In this document: piece by piece, positions 48,881 through 58,057 of the stretch
Position numbering within the stretch: the first letter of the stretch is position 1
Layout of the letters: the number at the start of each line of letters is the position of its first letter
From: Tubiluchus corallicola
Lineage: Eukaryota; Animalia; Priapulida
Assembly: GCA_030141605.1 (NCBI GenBank)
Contig: JAQGDQ010002399.1
Coordinates: 29,220-93,219, forward strand
DNA: 64,000 bases
Direction of reading: 5' to 3'
The notes under the pieces: model-generated
Seen by the model: only the letters and a program-made list of their open reading frames with translations
Databases searched by the model: none
What the model was told of the DNA's origin: nothing
Position numbers and translations under genes: made by a program

Positions 48881-49309
48881 TTGGAAAAAAAAATATTAAC
48901 ATTTTTACTTCTTGTGTTTTTAGTGTTGTCTTGTGAAAACGAGAATTCTTGTACCACTTCTATTCCCGACACTTATGTAAGTATTACTCGTCTGATGGAA
49001 GACCCTGAACTAAATGGGGTGATTGATATTCCGGGTGGTTTTTATGTGTTTCAAGGCTATGGATACAATCGCAATGGAGTAATATTATTTAATGGATTTG
49101 ATGGGTATTTCGCTTTTGATGCTACTTGTACTTTTGGCGAAGGTACAGCAGTAAAAATTGCTGTTGGTGATTTTTTTGCCGAATGTCCTTCTTGTAAATC
49201 TACTTTTAACTTATTTAATGGCGGTTATGTAGAAACAGGTCCTGCTGAATGTCCCTTGAAACAGTATAGAGTAAGTATTAGTAATAGTTATCTTAGCATT
49301 CATAATTGA
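48881..49309 (+). CDS. Rieske-fold-like lipoprotein
   Basis: Lipobox VLSC; AFDATC...AECPSCKSTF...GPA..PLKQYRV; TATCTTTG element at 48844-48851. Confidence 0.65.
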   Translation: MEKKILTFLLLVFLVLSCENENSCTTSIPDTYVSITRLMEDPELNGVIDIPGGFYVFQGYGYNRNGVILFNGFDGYFAFDATCTFGEGTAVKIAVGDFFAECPSCKSTFNLFNGGYVETGPAECPLKQYRVSISNSYLSIHN

Positions 49310-49332
49310 ATGTTAAGAATGCTCCTACAGTT

Positions 49333-49974
49333 CTATTTTGAATCCATAACACCTTCATATTCTCTGTTCAAAATCAGCACCAATGTGCCACAAGGAACTC
49401 TGTCAAAAAGTTTTATTACTTCTACATTTTTCATTCTCACACATCCCTGAGAGGCAGGCTCACCTATAAGTCCTTCTTCGGGAGTTCCGTGAATATAAAT
49501 ATATCTATTGCGAGAATCTACTTTTCCTCCCTTGTTTGTATTTTTTTCTTGTCCATCCAGCCACAAAATCCTTGTCGTTATATCATCCTCTAGTATATCA
49601 GTTCTTTCAATATATATCTTGGCTGTTTTATTTGTATTTGCCCGAGACTTAAAAATAGCTCCTAATGCAGCACCATCGCCATATTTCTCGCTTATTCTAT
49701 GCACTCCAAAAGGAGTTTTACCGCTACCTCGTTCACACCCTATACCAGCTTTGCCAGTAGAAACAGGATATGATTCTTCTAAACTATTGTTTTTTACTAA
49801 AAATAAAGTTTGCACAGCGGGGTCAATCACAATAGCCAGTTCGTTAGTATCCAAATCAAAGTCTTTTTCCAATCTTTCTATACCTTTTTTCACAATATCA
49901 GGCAATGTATTGGCAGTTATAGTACTTGCAAATACAGTTACTAACAATATTTTAAAAATAAATGATTTTATCAT
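49333..49974 (-). CDS. L,D-transpeptidase (YkuD family)
   Basis: YPVSTG, TPFGVH, TRILWL, IYIHGT, ASQGCVRM. Confidence 0.88.
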   Translation of the reverse strand: MIKSFIFKILLVTVFASTITANTLPDIVKKGIERLEKDFDLDTNELAIVIDPAVQTLFLVKNNSLEESYPVSTGKAGIGCERGSGKTPFGVHRISEKYGDGAALGAIFKSRANTNKTAKIYIERTDILEDDITTRILWLDGQEKNTNKGGKVDSRNRYIYIHGTPEEGLIGEPASQGCVRMKNVEVIKLFDRVPCGTLVLILNREYEGVMDSK

Positions 49975-50173
49975 ATTTTGTAATAAATACTATTGTTTAT
50001 GCACCCTCGTTAAGTTAAAATTAAAAAAAAATTAATCATATAGCAGGTTGTAGCCGTTCAATGAAAGACGGTGCAAATGATAAAGATAGTTAATTTAGTA
50101 TTTTGCAGAAGTAAGTTCTTAAAAGCTCTCTTTACTATATTTTTAAGTTAAACTTTACTTGCTTGAACATCTA

Positions 50174-50203
50174 CAAATATACGAAATATAATTACTACCT
50201 TTG
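50174..50203. promoter_or_regulatory. Back-to-back sigma-A -7 elements for the L,D-transpeptidase (-) and uvrA (+)
   Basis: TATATTTG on minus at 50174-50181; TACCTTTG on plus at 50196-50203. Confidence 0.55.
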
Positions 50204-50217
50204 CAAAAATTGAAAAA

Positions 50218-53091
50218 ATGGGGCAGAAAAAAGATAATATAAACTACGACACATCGCACATCAATGTAGTAGGAGCAAGAGTACATAATCTCAAAAATAT
50301 AGATGTGAGCATACCTCGTAATGCCCTTACAGTTATTACAGGTTTGAGTGGTAGTGGAAAATCATCACTTGCTTTCGACACCATATATGCAGAAGGACAG
50401 CGTAGATATATAGAAACTTTTTCTGCTTATGCACGCCAGTTTTTGGGCAATCTTGAACGTCCTGACGTAGATGAAATATCAGGGTTGAGTCCTGTTATTT
50501 CCATAGAACAAAAAACTACTAATAAAAATCCACGTTCTACCGTAGGTACTATTACCGAGATATACGATTTCTTTCGTCTTCTCTATGCCAAAACCAGCAT
50601 AGCTTACTCTTATAAGACAGGCGAGAAGATGGTAAAATACTCTGAAACCAAGATAGTAGAACTTATTTTAGAAAAATACAACAACAAAAACATTCTACTG
50701 CTTGCTCCTATCGTAGAGGGAAGAAAAGGACACTATCGTGATTTGTTTTCGCAATTGGCAAAAAAGGGCTATTTGCATGTAAGGGTAAATGGTAGAATTC
50801 GGGAAATTCACTACGGGATGAAACTCGATCGTTACAAGGTACACAATATAGAGATAGTTATAGACAAACTGCAAGTACTAGAAAAAAACAAAACGCGGCT
50901 TACCAACTCCTTACAGTTAGCAATGAAAGAAGGAAAAAAGAAGCTGGTAGTATTAGATACGGAAACAAATGAGGTAAAGTATTATAGTAAAAGTCTTATG
51001 TGTCCTACCACAGGAATATCCTACAATGAGCCTGCACCTCATTCTTTCTCTTTCAATTCGCCACAAGGTGCTTGCACCAAATGTAAAGGTTTAGGACAGA
51101 TAGCCCAAGTTAATATAGAAACAATAATCCCTGACCCTAGCCTTACTATCTATCAAGGAGGTATTGCTCCTATTGGCAAATACAAAGGTAATATTATATT
51201 TTCGCAGATAGAATCTATTGTGCGTAAATATGGCTTTTCACTAAAAACACCTATTAAAGAAATACCCGAAGAAGCCCTCAACATTATTCTTTACGGTTCG
51301 GTAGAGCCTGTAAAGATAAATATAAACAATTATTCTGAAAATTATAATGTTGATTTTCAAGGGGTTATAAAATATATAGGATACAGAAAGGATAATACTA
51401 CATCTATCTATGGTGTAAAATGGACGGAGAAATTTATTAGGTATACTACTTGTCCTGAATGTGAAGGTAGTCGCCTTAAGACAGAAGCCCGCTACTTCAA
51501 AATAGCCAATAAAGATATTGGTCAAGTAGCCGCTATGAGTTTGAAAACATTACAAAAATGGTTAGAGAATATAAATGGCGATTTTGATTCTAAACGAAAA
51601 ATTGTTGCTCACGAAATACTTAAAGAAATACGTACACGCCTTAAATTTCTTTTAGATGTAGGTTTAGAATATTTATCTTTGAATAGAAGCTCTAAAACTC
51701 TATCAGGAGGTGAAAGTCAGCGTATACGCCTTGCTACACAAATAGGTACAGAGCTTGTTAATGTGTTATACATACTGGATGAGCCAAGTATAGGACTTCA
51801 CCAAAGAGACAATAATAGGTTGATAAATTCTTTAAAAGCTCTAAAAGATACAGGAAATTCTGTGATAGTAGTAGAACACGATAAGGATATGATGCTACAC
51901 TGCGACCATATTATAGATATAGGTCCTTTTGCGGGTAGGTATGGAGGTGAAATAGTAGCTTCTGGAAGTTTTAAAAAAATACTTGCAAGTAATTCACTCA
52001 CGGCTCAATATCTTACAGGAAAGAAGAGTATAGAAATACCGCAAAAGCGGAGAAAAGGCAATGGAAAGGAGCTTGTTCTTGTTGGAGCAACAGGGCATAA
52101 TTTGAAAAATATAACACTAAAACTTCCACTTGGAAAATTCATCTGTGTTACAGGAGTATCAGGCAGTGGAAAATCATCACTTATAAATGGAACTCTTTAC
52201 CCTATATTGAGTAAAGTTTTCTATAAATCTCAAAAAACTCCACTTCCTTATAAAAGTTTAGAGGGCATAAAAAATATAGATAAAGTGATAGAGGTTAATC
52301 AATCGCCCATAGGACGAACACCCCGTTCTAATCCTGCAACTTACACTAATTTGTTTGGTGACATAAGAAAACTTTTTGAAAAACTACCTGAGGCACAAAT
52401 AAGAGGATATAAGGCAGGACGTTTTTCTTTTAATGTGAAAGGAGGCAGGTGTGAAACTTGTAAAGGAGCAGGATTACAAACTATAGAAATGAACTTTTTA
52501 CCTGATGTGTATGTAGAGTGTAATGAATGCAATGGTAAACGATACAACAAAGAAACCTTAGAGGTAAGATATAAGGCAAAGTCTATTAGTGATATATTAA
52601 ATATGACTGTCAACCAAGCTGTAGAGTTTTTTGAAGGTGTTCCGCATATAGCTGGTAAGTTAAAGGTATTGAAGCAAGTAGGCTTGGGTTATCTAAAACT
52701 AGGGCAGCCCTCTACCACCTTATCAGGAGGTGAGAGTCAGCGTATCAAACTAGCTTCTGAACTAAGCAAGCGTTCTACGGGTAAAACATTGTACATACTG
52801 GATGAGCCTACTACAGGATTACACTTTGAAGATATAAGAGTGTTGCTAAACGTATTAAATAAAATAGTGAACATAGGAAATACGATTATTGTTATAGAGC
52901 ACAACTTAGACGTGGTTAAAACTGCTGACTATATTATAGATATAGGTAAAGAAGGAGGAGAAAAAGGAGGAGAAATAGTTTTTGAAGGTTCCCCGGAAGA
53001 ACTTATTAACAATAAGGAGAGCTACACAGGTCAGTTTTTAGCCAGAGAGTTTGTGAAAAAAAACTCCCTTTGTCTTGATATAAATAACTAA
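50218..53091 (+). CDS. uvrA: Excinuclease ABC subunit A
   Basis: GARVHNLKN, two GxSGSGKS Walker A motifs, zinc-finger CxxC pairs, two LSGGE, LDEP. Confidence 0.98.
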   Translation: MGQKKDNINYDTSHINVVGARVHNLKNIDVSIPRNALTVITGLSGSGKSSLAFDTIYAEGQRRYIETFSAYARQFLGNLERPDVDEISGLSPVISIEQKTTNKNPRSTVGTITEIYDFFRLLYAKTSIAYSYKTGEKMVKYSETKIVELILEKYNNKNILLLAPIVEGRKGHYRDLFSQLAKKGYLHVRVNGRIREIHYGMKLDRYKVHNIEIVIDKLQVLEKNKTRLTNSLQLAMKEGKKKLVVLDTETNEVKYYSKSLMCPTTGISYNEPAPHSFSFNSPQGACTKCKGLGQIAQVNIETIIPDPSLTIYQGGIAPIGKYKGNIIFSQIESIVRKYGFSLKTPIKEIPEEALNIILYGSVEPVKININNYSENYNVDFQGVIKYIGYRKDNTTSIYGVKWTEKFIRYTTCPECEGSRLKTEARYFKIANKDIGQVAAMSLKTLQKWLENINGDFDSKRKIVAHEILKEIRTRLKFLLDVGLEYLSLNRSSKTLSGGESQRIRLATQIGTELVNVLYILDEPSIGLHQRDNNRLINSLKALKDTGNSVIVVEHDKDMMLHCDHIIDIGPFAGRYGGEIVASGSFKKILASNSLTAQYLTGKKSIEIPQKRRKGNGKELVLVGATGHNLKNITLKLPLGKFICVTGVSGSGKSSLINGTLYPILSKVFYKSQKTPLPYKSLEGIKNIDKVIEVNQSPIGRTPRSNPATYTNLFGDIRKLFEKLPEAQIRGYKAGRFSFNVKGGRCETCKGAGLQTIEMNFLPDVYVECNECNGKRYNKETLEVRYKAKSISDILNMTVNQAVEFFEGVPHIAGKLKVLKQVGLGYLKLGQPSTTLSGGESQRIKLASELSKRSTGKTLYILDEPTTGLHFEDIRVLLNVLNKIVNIGNTIIVIEHNLDVVKTADYIIDIGKEGGEKGGEIVFEGSPEELINNKESYTGQFLAREFVKKNSLCLDINN

Positions 53092-53186
53092 AAATAGAGC
53101 TTATAATCATACTACAGAATTTTTATAACATAACAAATTCAGGGCTGGTTATAAGACTTTAAATAACCTACCTTATTTTTTTGCTC

Positions 53187-54506
53187 TCAGCTTTTTAGTA
53201 TCTTTATAATATCTTTAAATCTTAGTTTACTCCCGTAGGTAAGTATTGTGGCTTTGTATATCTTAGCAGAAAGATAGGTGATGAGTATGAATGTAAGGGC
53301 AAGTAGGCTTAATGATAAAATCACCTGCCAAATGGGAACACCAAAAGGTATACGAGCTATCATTATAATAGGGGATGTAAAGGGTATGAGCGAAAATAGT
53401 ACAGATAAGGAACTATCAGGAGCTTCTATGGTTTTCATCAGTAATATAATGGATAAGGTGAGCGGTATGGTGATGGGAAATATAAATTGTTGGGTATCAG
53501 TTTCTGTATCTACCATCGAACCAATAACTGCAAATATGGAAGAATAGAGTAGGTACCCAAGTATGAAATAAATAAGAAAACTAAATACTACTACTGTGAA
53601 GTTGATACTTTGCAGTGTTTCTACAAATGCAGATAAGTTGGTTGTTTCAGGAGATGGTATTTGTTGTATGGATTGGTTAATTTCAGTTTGTTGTTGTAAT
53701 AGCTTGTCGTTTATTTTGTACTTTTGATAATCAATGGTTTGTACTGTAAAGAAGATTGTGAGCATTATAAGAACCCAGAAAGAGAATTGTGTAAGTCCTA
53801 CAGATGCTATACCTATTATTTTACCCATTAACAATTGAAAGGGTTTGACGGATGAAAGTAATATTTCTACTATTCTATTGATTTTTTCTTCTGCTATACC
53901 TCTCATTAGCATTGAGTTGTAAAGCATTATAAAGCTATATATAAGTATCCCGCCAAGATAACTAAGTAGTATAGGGATTAACAAGTTGGTTTCGTAACTA
54001 TCTCCTTTATCATTCCATTTTACCGTCTTAATGGTAATTTTTGTTTGTATGGATTTTAATATTTTATCTAAATTCTTTATTTCGTGGCTTTGTAGTTTTT
54101 CATTTTCAAGTATTTGTTGCATCTGTATAGCTATATAGTCGGCAAGGTTGTAAGAGACTTGTTTGTACGAATATATATTAGCTTTGGAATTACTGGCAAT
54201 GGACGAGGGTATATATAGTACTGCATCGTACTTAGGGTGTGGAAAGTTGTTTTTAGCTTCTTGCAATGTAGCTTCTACGTATTCGAAATTTATGTTTTGA
54301 TTGTTTTTTAGTCGGTGTAGAAACAGATTGGACTTGTCCAACACGGCTATGGTTTGTGTGTTTTCTATCTTTTGGTGTGTAAACCAATTGTAGCCATAAA
54401 ATAGTAGGAATATCAAAAGGGGTCCAAAAATGGTGGTGATAATAAATGATTTCTTTCTAACTCTTGTAAGATATTCACGTTTTAATATGATGAAAGTTTT
54501 GTTCAT
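53187..54506 (-). CDS. ABC-2 type permease (NatB/YhaP-like)
   Basis: REYLTRVRKKSF, EEKINRIVEILLSS, LMGKIIG, PFTSP. Confidence 0.88.
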   Translation of the reverse strand: MNKTFIILKREYLTRVRKKSFIITTIFGPLLIFLLFYGYNWFTHQKIENTQTIAVLDKSNLFLHRLKNNQNINFEYVEATLQEAKNNFPHPKYDAVLYIPSSIASNSKANIYSYKQVSYNLADYIAIQMQQILENEKLQSHEIKNLDKILKSIQTKITIKTVKWNDKGDSYETNLLIPILLSYLGGILIYSFIMLYNSMLMRGIAEEKINRIVEILLSSVKPFQLLMGKIIGIASVGLTQFSFWVLIMLTIFFTVQTIDYQKYKINDKLLQQQTEINQSIQQIPSPETTNLSAFVETLQSINFTVVVFSFLIYFILGYLLYSSIFAVIGSMVDTETDTQQFIFPITIPLTLSIILLMKTIEAPDSSLSVLFSLIPFTSPIIMIARIPFGVPIWQVILSLSLLALTFILITYLSAKIYKATILTYGSKLRFKDIIKILKS

Positions 54507-54507
54507 C

Positions 54508-54816
54508 TTATGGCAATATTTCTTTGTGTAGTGATATGTCTTGTTCTGCTACAAGGTTGGGGGCTGTATTTTCGAAATAGTCTGTGATATAAGGCATATT
54601 GCAATGGTCGTCAAAAGCTTGTTGTGAGGCAAACTTTTCTATAAAGGTAATAATAGATGGGTTGTCTATACTTTGGTTGAGTTCATAGCGTATACAGCCT
54701 TTTTCTTTGTGAGTAGGTGGTATGAGTTTGTGTAAAGACTCTAAGAGTTTAGTTTCTTTGCCTTTTTTTGCAATAAATTTGGCAATACAGACGATTTCTT
54801 TGGGTGCTTTTTTCAT
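54508..54816 (-). CDS. Antibiotic-biosynthesis-monooxygenase family protein (putative quinol monooxygenase)
   Basis: AKKGKE, EKGCIRYEL, FIEKF...AFDDH. Confidence 0.85.
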   Translation of the reverse strand: MKKAPKEIVCIAKFIAKKGKETKLLESLHKLIPPTHKEKGCIRYELNQSIDNPSIITFIEKFASQQAFDDHCNMPYITDYFENTAPNLVAEQDISLHKEILP

Positions 54817-54828
54817 CTTTATGTTATC

Positions 54829-55731
54829 TTAATTGTTAAATATTGTTTTTATAAATATGTCATTCATTGTAGGCAGTATTTCTTTGTAGGTATTGATTTG
54901 TATATTATTGGTAATTAATTTTTTGATTAGGTGGTTAGGAGTACTGTTGTCTGGTATTTTTACGTGCAATGTATTGGCTTGTTCGTTTAACACTTGGTAG
55001 CTCTTGCTAAGTAATTTCTTTACGTCTTGTGTATCGTTGCTATATTGCAATAGGTAAGTATTGGTTTTATATTGTTGTTTAAGGTCTGGCACGTTGCTTT
55101 CTAATACTTTTTTTGATTTGTTGATGAGAGCTATTTTGTCGCATAGGGCTTCTACGGAGTTCATATTGTGTGTAGAAAGAATAATGGTAGCTCCTTTGTC
55201 GCGAAGTTCTAATATCTCTTTGATAATAATTTCTGTATTCAAGGGGTCAAAACCAGTGAAAGGTTCATCTAAAATAATAAGTTTAGGCTGATGCAGTATG
55301 GTTACAATAAATTGTATTTTTTGTTGCATTCCTTTGGAGAGTTGTTCTATACGTTTATTGTGCCACTTTTCTACGCCCAATTTCTTTGTCCAGTAGTTCA
55401 ATTGCTGTATGGCTTTTTGCTGGCTAAGTCCTTTCAGTTGAGCAAGGTAAAGCACCTGCTCTTTCACCTTCATTTTTTTGTATAATCCACGTTCCTCAGG
55501 TAAATAGCCTATTTGTGTAGTATGATGGGCTTGTAGAGGTTTACCATCGAAGTATATTTCTCCTTCGTCTTGTAATATGGTTTGATTGATAGTACGTATA
55601 AGAGTAGTCTTGCCTGCTCCATTAGGTCCTAATAGTCCGTAAATAGTTTGTGTAGGAATGCTGATGGAAACATTATTAAGAGCCGTGTGTTTAATATAAT
55701 GTTTAGTAATATTTTGGGTTTGAAGTAACAT
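54829..55731 (-). CDS. ABC transporter ATP-binding protein (NatA/YhaQ-like)
   Basis: GPNGAGKTT, GYLPEERGLY, LSKGMQQK, LDEPFTGFDP. Confidence 0.92.
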   Translation of the reverse strand: MLLQTQNITKHYIKHTALNNVSISIPTQTIYGLLGPNGAGKTTLIRTINQTILQDEGEIYFDGKPLQAHHTTQIGYLPEERGLYKKMKVKEQVLYLAQLKGLSQQKAIQQLNYWTKKLGVEKWHNKRIEQLSKGMQQKIQFIVTILHQPKLIILDEPFTGFDPLNTEIIIKEILELRDKGATIILSTHNMNSVEALCDKIALINKSKKVLESNVPDLKQQYKTNTYLLQYSNDTQDVKKLLSKSYQVLNEQANTLHVKIPDNSTPNHLIKKLITNNIQINTYKEILPTMNDIFIKTIFNN

Positions 55732-55928
55732 TTAGTATTTAAATGTAGTTTTTTTTAGAAAATTCAAATTTATAAATTATATTTAACAACATCGATATAC
55801 TTTTACTTTTTTACTCACCTTTTATGTAGGGTTATGAAGAGTGATTGCACAAAAGTCAAGTTCAATTGTTTTTCGTTCTTTTTTTGATTGCAGTAATGGG
55901 CGGAGATATTTGTATTACTATATTTTAT

Positions 55929-55936
55929 TACCTTTG
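55929..55936 (+). promoter_or_regulatory. Sigma-A -7 element for the dCMP deaminase operon
   Basis: TACCTTTG 30 bp upstream of ATG. Confidence 0.6.
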
Positions 55937-55966
55937 TTTTTATATTGAATAAGTTCTTACATTAAT

Positions 55967-56416
55967 ATGGAAGAAAATAAAAAACAATTACAAGTAGATA
56001 AACGTTATTTAGAAATGGCTAGAATATGGAGTGGCAATTCTTATTGCACAAGACGCCAAGTTGGAGCTATACTTGTAAAGGGTAAAATGATAATATCAGA
56101 TGGGTACAATGGCACACCTTCTGGTTTTGAAAATGTGTGTGAGGACGAGAACAATCAAACTAAACCTTATGTTCTTCACGCTGAGGCGAATGCTATTACG
56201 AAAGTGGCACGTTCGCACAATAGCAGTGAGGGGGCTACGCTTTACACTACTGTTTCTCCCTGTATGGAATGTTCCAAGCTTATTATACAAGCAGGTATTT
56301 TTAGAGTAGTGTATGCTAAAGTTTATCACGACAACGAGGGGATAGAGCTTTTAAAAAGAGCGGGTATAGAAGTGGTTTGTATAGAGGAAAAACTAAGTGT
56401 TGAGAATAGTTTCTAA
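55967..56416 (+). CDS. dCMP deaminase family protein (ComEB-like)
   Basis: GYNGTP, HAEANAI, SPCMEC. Confidence 0.93.
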   Translation: MEENKKQLQVDKRYLEMARIWSGNSYCTRRQVGAILVKGKMIISDGYNGTPSGFENVCEDENNQTKPYVLHAEANAITKVARSHNSSEGATLYTTVSPCMECSKLIIQAGIFRVVYAKVYHDNEGIELLKRAGIEVVCIEEKLSVENSF

Positions 56417-56431
56417 CTCTTATTTACATTT

Positions 56432-58042
56432 ATGGGATATAACAATACGAAAAAACAGATACTTGCACCACTGATACTATCTTTAGTATTACTTATGGGT
56501 GTTTTCTTGGGTGGGTTTATTTTTCAAAACAATACGGAAGGTAAAAATACCTTCAAAATAGATATTAATAACAACAATAAGTTGAACCTTATCTTAAAAC
56601 TTATTGAGTATAGGTATGTAGATACTTTGAATATCGACAAGTTAGTAGAAAGTTCTATCAGTAAAATACTAGAACAGTTAGATCCGCATAGTATTTATAT
56701 ACCTGCCAGTGAGCTTCAAGGTTTAAATGAAGAAATAGAAGGTAGTTTTGGCGGGGTTGGTGTTCAATTTAGCATATTGGATGATACGGTCAATATAATA
56801 CAAGTTATATCAGGAGGGCCTTCTGAGAAAGCAGGACTTATGCCTGGAGATAAAATAGTGGCGGTAGATGATTCTTCTTTCGTGGGGGAAAAAGTTACTA
56901 ATAGGTTGGTAATGAAGAAACTAAAAGGTGCCAAAGGCACAAGAGTAAGTTTGGATATTTTAAGAAAGAATGCTGATAAAACGTTGAACTATGAAATTAT
57001 TAGAGGCGATATACCTTTGCAAAGTGTAGATGTGTCTTATATGATAGATGAAAACATAGGTTATGTAAAAATAGGTAATTTCGGAACTCATACACACAAA
57101 GAGTTTGTAGAAGGAGTTGAAAAGTTGAAGAAACAAAAGTGTAAAAAATTAATTGTAGATTTACGACACAATCCAGGAGGGCTTCTATCCACAGCTGTAA
57201 AGATAGCAGATGAAATACTAAAAAAAGATAAATTAATAGTATTTACAGAAGGCAAGTCCCAACCACGCCAAAACTCTTATGCTACATCAAGAGGTATTTG
57301 TCAGGATATGGAAATTGTTATTCTTATAAACGAATGGTCTGCTTCTGCTAGTGAAATTGTAGCAGGGGCTATTCAAGATAATGACAGAGGCATTGTGATA
57401 GGCAGAAGATCTTTTGGCAAGGGACTTGTACAAGACCAAATACCTTTGGGAGATGGCTCCGCTGTGAGGCTTACCATTGCTAAATATTACACCCCATTGG
57501 GACGATCTATACAAAAACCTTATAACAATGGTGTGGACGATTACCACCAAGATCTATTAAATAGATATAACCATGGGGAGTTCCTTTCTAAGGATAGTAT
57601 TGAATTTAAAGACACTACCCAATTTGTTACCTCCGAAGGTAAAATAATATATGGTGGAGGGGGAATTATGCCTGATGTGTTTGTGCCATTAGATACTGCG
57701 GACGTAACACCTTTTTATACTGAAATAACAAATCAGAGAATAGTGTATCAGGTAGCTTACAACTATGCAAATAATCATAGAAAGATACTAAATAAGTATA
57801 CAAATTTTCAACAATTTGAAAACAACTTAAACGAAAAGGAGCTGGAAAAAGAACTATTAAATTATGTAAGGGACAAAAAAATAGCCATTGATTACAATGA
57901 GTATGAAAAATCTAAATTTATTATCACAATTCGAATGAAAGCCTTTATTGCTAGAAATATAATAGGAGAGGAGGGATTTTATCCCATTTTTAGAAAAATT
58001 GACAAGCCTATTCTGGAGGCTATTGGAACATTATCAGAGTAG
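56432..58042 (+). CDS. S41 carboxy-terminal processing peptidase
   Basis: LDPHS, PDZ domain, DLR.NPGG, SASASEI, FGKGLVQ, GGGI.PD. Confidence 0.95.
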   Translation: MGYNNTKKQILAPLILSLVLLMGVFLGGFIFQNNTEGKNTFKIDINNNNKLNLILKLIEYRYVDTLNIDKLVESSISKILEQLDPHSIYIPASELQGLNEEIEGSFGGVGVQFSILDDTVNIIQVISGGPSEKAGLMPGDKIVAVDDSSFVGEKVTNRLVMKKLKGAKGTRVSLDILRKNADKTLNYEIIRGDIPLQSVDVSYMIDENIGYVKIGNFGTHTHKEFVEGVEKLKKQKCKKLIVDLRHNPGGLLSTAVKIADEILKKDKLIVFTEGKSQPRQNSYATSRGICQDMEIVILINEWSASASEIVAGAIQDNDRGIVIGRRSFGKGLVQDQIPLGDGSAVRLTIAKYYTPLGRSIQKPYNNGVDDYHQDLLNRYNHGEFLSKDSIEFKDTTQFVTSEGKIIYGGGGIMPDVFVPLDTADVTPFYTEITNQRIVYQVAYNYANNHRKILNKYTNFQQFENNLNEKELEKELLNYVRDKKIAIDYNEYEKSKFIITIRMKAFIARNIIGEEGFYPIFRKIDKPILEAIGTLSE

Positions 58043-58057
58043 AACCTAATAAGTATT

